In this document: in pieces, positions 57,532-64,000 of the stretch
Numbering within the stretch: the stretch's first letter is position 1
How the letters are laid out: every line of letters begins with the position of its first letter
Source of the DNA: Patescibacteria group bacterium
GTDB lineage: Bacteria > Patescibacteriota > Patescibacteriia > Buchananbacterales > SURF-54
NCBI GenBank assembly: GCA_018818885.1
Contig: JAHIRB010000007.1
Location: 18,357-82,356, forward strand
Reading direction: 5' to 3'
Length of the DNA: 64,000 nucleotides
Translations under genes and position numbers: made by a program
The notes under the pieces: model-generated
Database searches by the model: none
What the model saw: only the letters and a program-made list of their open reading frames with translations
What the model was told of the DNA's origin: nothing

Positions 57532-57894
57532 TTAATTTTGTATCAAACCAGTGCACCGCCAGTTTACTTCTACGTTTTTGGTAACTTCTGAAATCACGCA
57601 GGCAGGATTACAGCCGTCATTTTCCAACTCTGGCATTCTTTCTATATCTATCCACCAGGTTTTTGTGTTTTCATTATAAAAAATATCCTGATGAGAGGGT
57701 ATACCTGCCATTGTGCAATTTTTGGTGTTGCCTGCAATCTGCTGTGCCTCTTCTTTTGTTAGTGTATTGGGTTTTCCTACATTGATATCTGGCTGGGGAG
57801 TTTCTTTAGGTTGCATCCCTAACAACATATACAAAATAAAACCTGATACTGTCAGTCCCATTAAAATGATGATAGTTATAATTGCTTTTGCCAT
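57532..57894 (-). CDS. hypothetical secreted/membrane protein
   Basis: N-terminal hydrophobic helix; start at MAKAIIT. Confidence 0.4.
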   Translation of the reverse strand: MAKAIITIIILMGLTVSGFILYMLLGMQPKETPQPDINVGKPNTLTKEEAQQIAGNTKNCTMAGIPSHQDIFYNENTKTWWIDIERMPELENDGCNPACVISEVTKNVEVNWRCTGLIQN

Positions 57895-57896
57895 AA

Positions 57897-58292
57897 TTAT
57901 AAATTTAAGTAAGTAATTGTTAACTGCAAAACTGTGGCAAACAAAACCCACAAAAGATAAGGAATTTGAATATAAGCAATCCAGCGTGAATGCGGATAAA
58001 TTGCCACCATTGCCCAGATCAAAGTTGCTAAGACAAGCACGATATCAACAGCAGCCAAATAATTATTTTTTAAACCAAACTGCAATGGAGTAAAAGAAAA
58101 ATTAAATATAAGATTTAACACAAACGGCAAAGCTATAATTATCGGTATTTGCTTTTTAATTGCCATCCAAAAAACTTTGCCAAATGAAATTGCGATTAGA
58201 ACATATAGGAATGTCCAAACAGGCCCAAACAACCAAGAAGGTGGAGACCACGAAGGTTTTATTAATTGTTGATACCAACTGTATGTTTCCAT
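57897..58292 (-). CDS. tspO: TspO/MBR family tryptophan-rich sensory protein
   Basis: PSWSPPSWLFGPVWTFLY motif, 5 TM. Confidence 0.75.
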   Translation of the reverse strand: METYSWYQQLIKPSWSPPSWLFGPVWTFLYVLIAISFGKVFWMAIKKQIPIIIALPFVLNLIFNFSFTPLQFGLKNNYLAAVDIVLVLATLIWAMVAIYPHSRWIAYIQIPYLLWVLFATVLQLTITYLNL

Positions 58293-58304
58293 AAGTTAAT
58301 TATA

Positions 58305-58385
58305 GCATGGTTATGAGTAGTAAGTAGTAAGCTGTAAGATATAAATTACTTTTGCATACTTACTGCTTAAGACTTACAACTTACT
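58305..58385. repeat. inverted repeat of agtaagtagtaag units flanking 40-nt spacer
   Basis: direct inspection. Confidence 0.45.
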
Positions 58386-58587
58386 ACTTTTTTGGTGTTA
58401 AAATATTTTGCACTCTACCTACTAACCCAGACTTCAAACGCACTTTAATGCCACGGTGATGTTGTGCAGAACTAGTTAAAAGATCCTTAACAATACCTTG
58501 GGATAGTTCTCCAGTACCTTGATGGTGTTTTTGGACAATTTCAACGTGTTGACCAGGATATATGTTTTTTCTAATAGTTGGATCCAT
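58384..58587 (-). CDS. YwbE-family small protein (DUF2196)
   Basis: GIVKDLLTSSAQHHRGIKVRLKSGLVGRV. Confidence 0.6.
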   Translation of the reverse strand: MDPTIRKNIYPGQHVEIVQKHHQGTGELSQGIVKDLLTSSAQHHRGIKVRLKSGLVGRVQNILTPKK

Positions 58588-58631
58588 AATTTGTTAATTA
58601 TAGCACAATTATATTCTTGATTGACAGTTAG

Positions 58632-58660
58632 TTGACAAAAATGTTTTTTTGTAGTAAAGT
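58632..58660 (+). promoter_or_regulatory. putative promoter (TTGACA-17-TAAAGT) upstream of HAD hydrolase gene
   Basis: duplicated ttgaca boxes; weak -10. Confidence 0.3.
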
Positions 58661-58709
58661 ACATTATTGAGTTTAGCAGTTCTTTGACTTCAATAAAAAT
58701 CCAAAGGAA

Positions 58710-59369
58710 ATGGAGGTGAATCTATTGAGATGGACAGAGGTTTTTAAGGTCTTAATCTTTGACCTCGACGAAACACTGTATAGCTCAGAAAAACTTCGCC
58801 TCATGATGAGGCAATTCTTTTTTGACTATGTTACAAAGCACAGCGACCTGTCGATACAGGAACTCTTAAATTTGCAGGAAGTGCATGGCATGAGAAAAAC
58901 CTGCCAAATTATAGGGTTTGACTTTGTATCTTATCTAGATGTACTCTCAGCGAACATTGATCCTTATCCCCATGTCAAACCTTATCAACCACTACGACCA
59001 CTGCTTGAAAATCTCAAAAGTTGGTTCAACCTGAGATACTTTGTGGTTACACACAATAGCGAAAAGCTAGCTCACAAAATTATTAATGCTATCTCTTTAG
59101 ATGGAAAACTTTTCGAAGCTATTGTCACACCAGAAACACTCGAGATATGCTTTGATAAGTACCACAAAGAATTTTGGGAAGCATTCTGCGAAGAGTACGG
59201 GATCGATCCGAACCAATGTCTCGCTGTAGGAGACAGATTGAAGACAGATATTGAAGCTCCAGCTAAAGCTGGCATAACTGCTGGATTTCTGGTTCATAAT
59301 GGACCGCGTGACATATCCAGTAAGTTGATACCTACCCTCCAACAACTCGCCCATCAAAAAAAGCCCTAA
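58710..59369 (+). CDS. HAD-superfamily hydrolase
   Basis: LIFDLDETLY motif I and downstream GDR...D. Confidence 0.7.
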   Translation: MEVNLLRWTEVFKVLIFDLDETLYSSEKLRLMMRQFFFDYVTKHSDLSIQELLNLQEVHGMRKTCQIIGFDFVSYLDVLSANIDPYPHVKPYQPLRPLLENLKSWFNLRYFVVTHNSEKLAHKIINAISLDGKLFEAIVTPETLEICFDKYHKEFWEAFCEEYGIDPNQCLAVGDRLKTDIEAPAKAGITAGFLVHNGPRDISSKLIPTLQQLAHQKKP

Positions 59370-59405
59370 GCAATCTAAAGAAACACGATTGTTTAGGGCT
59401 TGCTT

Positions 59406-60257
59406 TTATTTTAAGTATTCTCTTAGCGCGTCTTCCCAACTGCTCAATTTTTCAGCTTTAGTATTAATGAGTACGGCATGTTCTGGTCTTTTGGCTTTAT
59501 CTGGTCGTTCTGCGGTCTTCACGGCTTTTATATCAACCGTAATATTTTTTAAAGCAAATATTTTTTGAGCAAATTCATACCAGCTTACTCCCAATTTTTC
59601 AGCTTCGTTAACTAAGTGATATATGCCAAATGGCTTTTTATTTTCTATTAATTGAAGGACTGCTTGAGCTAAATCAACTGTATAAGTAGGTTTTCCGAAT
59701 TGATCGTCAACTACTTCTAACTGCTTATTTTTTGCTGCTAGTTTCAACATCAAATCTACAAAATTCATACCACGTGGTTTACCAACTTGAGGATTTTTAC
59801 CATAAAGCCATGAACTTCTTACTAAATAATATTTCTGACAGTTCTTCTGTAATAATTCTTCCCCTAACGCTTTTGATTTACCATACACGTTGATTGGGTT
59901 AGGTTTTGATGTTTCGTCATATACATCTTTTTCTTGACCATCAAAAACATATTCAGTACTTATGCTAACTAGTATTGCATCAATCTGGCTTGCAGTTTTT
60001 GCTAATTCCCCTACTGCGTGGCCATTAATTTGATTAGCTAGCTCTTCGTTGGTTTCTGCGCCATCAACATTTGTGTATCCAGTGGCATTAATAATAATTT
60101 CCGGTTTCAATTCAGAAATTTTTTGTACGATTTGATCGCTGTCTGTTATATCTAAATCTTCTATATCCCACGCAGTTACATCAAAGTCTAAAAATGCTTG
60201 AACCAAGTCTCGTCCAAGCATGCCATTTGATCCTAAAATTAAGATTTTTTCTGCCAT
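59406..60257 (-). CDS. rfbD: dTDP-4-dehydrorhamnose reductase
   Basis: ILILGSNGMLG Rossmann N-terminus, 283 aa. Confidence 0.85.
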   Translation of the reverse strand: MAEKILILGSNGMLGRDLVQAFLDFDVTAWDIEDLDITDSDQIVQKISELKPEIIINATGYTNVDGAETNEELANQINGHAVGELAKTASQIDAILVSISTEYVFDGQEKDVYDETSKPNPINVYGKSKALGEELLQKNCQKYYLVRSSWLYGKNPQVGKPRGMNFVDLMLKLAAKNKQLEVVDDQFGKPTYTVDLAQAVLQLIENKKPFGIYHLVNEAEKLGVSWYEFAQKIFALKNITVDIKAVKTAERPDKAKRPEHAVLINTKAEKLSSWEDALREYLK

Positions 60258-60931
60258 GCTTTTGAAAGTAGTTTAGCAATTTCTTTTTTAAATTTGATTT
60301 GCTGTGATATTGGATTGACTAATTCTAAACAAATATATTTTGAAAAATATTTCTTGGGAATATTTATAACATACTTTAGTTCATCTAAATTTTTTGCTTC
60401 ATGCCAGCTTTCTCCGTCTTTTCTTACTGCACTCAAGTGATTGCATCCAATCTTAAAATTCTCAGCCGATTTTTGCGACATAACGTAACATTCTTTTTCT
60501 GTAAGTCGAAACTGTTCATGATGAGAAAGATCAATACATACTCCTCCAACCTGGTTAAGTTTTGATAATTTCTCTATTTTGTGCTTTTTCCAATTATTTT
60601 CTATATAAATTTTCTTTTTGTGTTTAGAATTTTTAAAAAAATCAATGTATTGATAATGAAGCGTAAAAGCTTTTGTTTTATAATTTTTGACAAAATAATC
60701 GAGCTCATCTTCTGATTCTTCTTGTCTGATGTGCACATGCGGTATTGAATTTACCAAAGTATTTTCAAGAGCTTGATATATCCTTTTGCGCTCATTAATC
60801 TTAGCTCCGGTTAGAAATAAGCTAATTTCTTTTAGCTTCAATCTTTTCACATCTGCTATACTTTTTTCCCAATCTCCTAACCAAGTTACAACCGAAGGAT
60901 AAATTATTTTTAATATGTCTGATTCTTTCAT
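60239..60931 (-). CDS. hypothetical protein within rhamnose operon
   Basis: ORF overlapping both neighbours by 4-19 nt. Confidence 0.45.
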   Translation of the reverse strand: MKESDILKIIYPSVVTWLGDWEKSIADVKRLKLKEISLFLTGAKINERKRIYQALENTLVNSIPHVHIRQEESEDELDYFVKNYKTKAFTLHYQYIDFFKNSKHKKKIYIENNWKKHKIEKLSKLNQVGGVCIDLSHHEQFRLTEKECYVMSQKSAENFKIGCNHLSAVRKDGESWHEAKNLDELKYVINIPKKYFSKYICLELVNPISQQIKFKKEIAKLLSKAWQKKS

Positions 60932-61944
60932 TTTTTATCGATCTCTTTATAATTTTCTACAAAACCCTTACCTATTAGCGGTCGCCACCACTTTTCATTA
61001 TTCTTATACCACTCAACTACTTCGTCCATACCTTTTTCAAAATCGATTTGTGGCTGCCAGCCTAGTTTATTTTTTATTTTAGATATATCTAAAAGATAGC
61101 GTCTGTCATGCCCTGGCCTATCTTCTATATACTTTTTGAAATCGTCAGGTTTATCAAGTCTTTTCAAAACAGCAGATGCAATTTCTTCAATTGTTTTTTC
61201 TACACCACTACCAATGTTGTATGCTTCTCCAATTTTTCCTTTCTGTAATATTGCGTCGATAGCAGTACAATGGTCATGCGTATGAAGCCATTCTCTCTTA
61301 TTTAAGCTACTTTTAAATAAAGGAATTTTTTTGCCATCCATAGCATCTGTAATAAATCTAGGAATTACCTTTTCTGGAAATTGATATGGCCCAAAATTAT
61401 TTGAACAATGGCTTATTGTTACTGGTGTGCTAAAAGTATGAAAATATGCCATTACTTCGCAATTAGCACCTGCCTTTGATGCGTTGTATGGAGTTTTTGG
61501 TAGATAAGGATCATCTTCTTTAAATGATCTATCTTCTTCTAAACTTAAATCACCAAAAACTTCGCATGTTGAAATATGATGAAATCTTTTTAAACCGACA
61601 TCTTTTGCTGCTTCTAAAAGCATTTGTGTTCCTAAAACATTAGTTTTTACAAAAATATCTGGTTCTATCATGGCTCTGCCATTATGTGATTCAGCGGCAA
61701 AGTTTACAATTATATCAATTTGCTTTTCTTTGAGTAATTTGATGTTGTTTTTTAAATCTCCGATATCACCTTTTACAAATTCATAATTAGAATTGCTTTC
61801 TACTTCTTTAAGATTATCAAGATTTCCAGCATAAGTTAAAATATCCAGATTCACAACCTTGTCTTCTGGATAATTTTTCAACCAATAGTGTATGAAGTTT
61901 GAACCAATGAATCCTGCTCCACCGGTAACTAAGAGTTTTGACAT
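60928..61944 (-). CDS. rfbB: dTDP-glucose 4,6-dehydratase
   Basis: VTGGAGFIGSNF and YxxxK SDR motifs. Confidence 0.9.
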   Translation of the reverse strand: MSKLLVTGGAGFIGSNFIHYWLKNYPEDKVVNLDILTYAGNLDNLKEVESNSNYEFVKGDIGDLKNNIKLLKEKQIDIIVNFAAESHNGRAMIEPDIFVKTNVLGTQMLLEAAKDVGLKRFHHISTCEVFGDLSLEEDRSFKEDDPYLPKTPYNASKAGANCEVMAYFHTFSTPVTISHCSNNFGPYQFPEKVIPRFITDAMDGKKIPLFKSSLNKREWLHTHDHCTAIDAILQKGKIGEAYNIGSGVEKTIEEIASAVLKRLDKPDDFKKYIEDRPGHDRRYLLDISKIKNKLGWQPQIDFEKGMDEVVEWYKNNEKWWRPLIGKGFVENYKEIDKK

Positions 61945-62063
61945 ATATTTTTTAAAATCTCAAATTCCAATAATCAAATTTTAAATTGAAATGGCATAGA
62001 CGTTTGAATATTGCTCATTGGACATTGTTTGTTATTTGTGATTTGGTGCTTGATATTTAATTA

Positions 62064-62471
62064 TCATAATGCTTCTTTGATTTTTTCTGCAACTGATTCT
62101 GCCTCGTCCTCTTTATATTTACCACCTGCCCACATTTCCTTACCGTCATCTGCAGTTCTTGGCATAATGTGAAAATGAACATGATCCACAACTTGGCCTG
62201 CTACTTTTCCATTATTTAATCCTATATTGTACGCTGGGCTGCCTGTTCCTACCTTAACTGCTGATCCTATCTTTTTTACGGCGACTATTAGTTTTTCTAA
62301 AATTTTGTCTGGTGTATCGTCTACGCTAGTATAATGTGTCTTTGGTATTACTAAAGTATGACCAGGGTTAATTGGCATAATATCTAAAAATGCTAAGACA
62401 TCTTCATCTTCGTAAATTTTATTTGATGGAATTTCGCCTGCAATAATTTTACAAAAAATACAATCTTCCAT
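62064..62471 (-). CDS. HIT-family (histidine triad) protein
   Basis: HVHFHIMPR motif. Confidence 0.8.
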   Translation of the reverse strand: MEDCIFCKIIAGEIPSNKIYEDEDVLAFLDIMPINPGHTLVIPKTHYTSVDDTPDKILEKLIVAVKKIGSAVKVGTGSPAYNIGLNNGKVAGQVVDHVHFHIMPRTADDGKEMWAGGKYKEDEAESVAEKIKEAL

Positions 62472-62479
62472 AGTTATAA

Positions 62480-62516
62480 TTACTTGTTACTTGTACATTG
62501 TACATTGTTACTTGAC
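62480..62516. repeat. heptamer tandem repeats (ttacttg / tacattg)
   Basis: direct inspection. Confidence 0.6.
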
Positions 62517-62993
62517 TTAGCCTCCGTCTTTTACTTCATCTGGCCATTTGTAATTGACTTCTTCACTATTCCAAGGGTATCTCAACTCGTCAGGTTCTTC
62601 ATAGTCGTATTTTTGATTAGGCACATTGACAATTCGCGCCTCATCACAATTATGAGCAGTGAAACCATGCAACACACCAATTGGCACTTTGACAATAACT
62701 TGTTCTCCGCTTGTTGTTGGGTCTGTCATAATCACTTCTTGGACTTCTTTGTAAGTTGGTGAATTCTTTCGTGCATCATACATGACCCACAATGCTTGTC
62801 CTAAAACACATGTAACTCGGTCAATCTGTCCTTTGTGATAATGCCAAGCCTTAGCATAACCTTTTTTTACTCCAGTCATATAGACTTGGCCAAAGGTATC
62901 AAACATCTCGTCGTCGTTTCTTAACATCTCCATTAAAAAACCACGTTTATCTTTCATTACTTTTAACTTTTTTATCTCAACTCCGTCAATCAT
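62517..62993 (-). CDS. rfbC: dTDP-4-dehydrorhamnose 3,5-epimerase
   Basis: cupin fold, KRGFLMEM...WHYH motif. Confidence 0.85.
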   Translation of the reverse strand: MIDGVEIKKLKVMKDKRGFLMEMLRNDDEMFDTFGQVYMTGVKKGYAKAWHYHKGQIDRVTCVLGQALWVMYDARKNSPTYKEVQEVIMTDPTTSGEQVIVKVPIGVLHGFTAHNCDEARIVNVPNQKYDYEEPDELRYPWNSEEVNYKWPDEVKDGG

Positions 62994-63351
62994 TTTTATA
63001 AATTAATACTAAGCTAATTGACATTACGATAACTGCAACCATGGAAATAATAATTTCTTTTCTGCCTCTGCTAGCAAAACTATTGAATATAATAATTCCA
63101 AAGGTTATCGACAAAACTGCAATTAATAAATAGTAAAATATTTTTTTTACTATATTTAGTCTATCAATTTTTTGAAAACACAGCGCAGTTATGATACCAC
63201 TTAATATGCAAATTAGCAAGGCTATGTTTATATTGAAATAATTAGTTACCAAACCAGTTTTATACCATTCCATAATAAATAAAACTAGGTATGTGACAAA
63301 TGACACAAAAAATAAATCCTTAAAAATATGCGTAATTATTTCTTTTTTCAT
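62986..63351 (-). CDS. hypothetical polytopic membrane protein
   Basis: 121 aa, 3-4 TM; start codon supplied by MITE-like element E3. Confidence 0.4.
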   Translation of the reverse strand: MKKEIITHIFKDLFFVSFVTYLVLFIMEWYKTGLVTNYFNINIALLICILSGIITALCFQKIDRLNIVKKIFYYLLIAVLSITFGIIIFNSFASRGRKEIIISMVAVIVMSISLVLIYKND

Positions 63352-63488
63352 ACCGGGCAGTAGAAATTCAAATTGTAAGTATAATTTAAAATCATAATAT
63401 TTTTTGTGAATAATTTTTTAAATGTTTACGACTCATAATATGAACGAAATATGAACAAATATTTTTTGAATTTTCACTGCCCGGTCAT
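63349..63488 (-). mobile_element. MITE-like element copy E3 (short-TIR subtype)
   Basis: termini cataccgggcagtagaaattcaaa / ttttgaattttcactgcccggtcat; very similar to E1 termini. Confidence 0.5.
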
Positions 63489-63603
63489 ACCCGGTAGTGA
63501 TCCCGTAAATGGAATTTAATTTTTATTAATAATATTGAGTAGATTAAATAAATTTATTGCTAGATAGTAATTTTAAATTTTACGGGACTACTAGTGGGTC
63601 ATA
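63486..63603 (-). mobile_element. MITE-like element copy E4 (long-TIR subtype, 118 bp, inverted relative to E2)
   Basis: TIRs match E2 with few mismatches; shares cat junction with E3; terminal atga provides stop of upstream ORF. Confidence 0.6.
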
Positions 63604-64000
63604 ATGCTAGAATTTGTTGTTTAATTTTAGAAGCAATATCTTGCCATGTTTTAGGAATTCTTTTTAGCACAATATTAATTTCTTTAATCATCAAACCATC
63701 ATCCCCTGCCTTGATTTGTGGAAGAGATATTACAAAATGCAATTGATTGTCTTGTGTATCATATTTATCTAAATCGTTAAAGCGAATCAATTTTTGCTGA
63801 ACTTTCCCGTTATCACTTGGCGCGTCGTAGCGTGCGATCACATACTCAATTTTTTCTTCATCAAAACCCAAACCATTCTTTAAACTAGTAGGTGCTGGAT
63901 CGAAAAACATGTCTTTACTAAAACCAAACAATCCACGAGTGGTTATTTTTATATCATTTTTTGGCATGGTAATTTCTTTTATACCAAAATCTGTTTGCAC
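63599..64000 (-). CDS. hypothetical protein (runs off window end)
   Basis: 133-aa ORF, partial. Confidence 0.4.
   Translation of the reverse strand: MQTDFGIKEITMPKNDIKITTRGLFGFSKDMFFDPAPTSLKNGLGFDEEKIEYVIARYDAPSDNGKVQQKLIRFNDLDKYDTQDNQLHFVISLPQIKAGDDGLMIKEINIVLKRIPKTWQDIASKIKQQILAL

Noticed and set aside
1-64000. tRNA and rRNA genes
   Set aside because: No T-loop/anticodon-arm cloverleaf candidates and no 16S/23S/5S conserved strings were found in any intergenic spacer. Not scanned with a covariance model, so a degenerate tRNA cannot be fully excluded.

Overview
This window is AT-rich bacterial DNA with compact gene spacing, about 77 supported CDS, and a gene repertoire typical of Patescibacteria (CPR)-like genomes. 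Core content:

- Ribosomal proteins L10/L7-L12, L9 and L27.
- SecA, GMP synthase, CTP synthase and MurA.
- A minus-strand cell-wall (dcw-like) block: mraY-pgeF-murD-ftsW-orf-murG-murC-murB.
- A plus-strand type IV pilus cluster: pilB, pilC, a giant repeat-containing pilin-like protein, a pilin, a PilX-like protein and pilMNO.
- An Fe-S cluster module (Rrf2-IscU-Nfu-NifS).
- dTDP-rhamnose genes rfbBCD.
- TypA/BipA, Fpg, UppP, MltG, HPF and TspO.

No rRNA, tRNA or CRISPR array was found.

The unusual structure is all small-scale:

1. The first ~14 codons of maf recur as two short upstream ORFs fused in front of a SET-domain gene and a CYTH gene. The arrangement looks like single-gene cassettes stacked at the 5-prime end of maf.
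2. Four copies of a 118-150 bp MITE-like element fill intergenic gaps. Each is bounded by ATG...ATG direct repeats and ends in the start codon of the downstream gene.
3. An IS200-like HuH transposase (RAYT) is flanked by 90-bp REP-like direct repeats. REP-related GC-rich palindromes are dispersed elsewhere, including inside the 3-prime ends of two CDS, which gives them near-identical C-terminal tails.
4. There are GC-rich islands at 1-720, 15.66-16.70 kb and 23.2-24.1 kb. The last is bounded by 25-bp direct repeats.
5. Heptamer microsatellites occur throughout. One sits in the 5-prime coding end of a pilus minor-pilin-like gene and is a candidate phase-variation tract.
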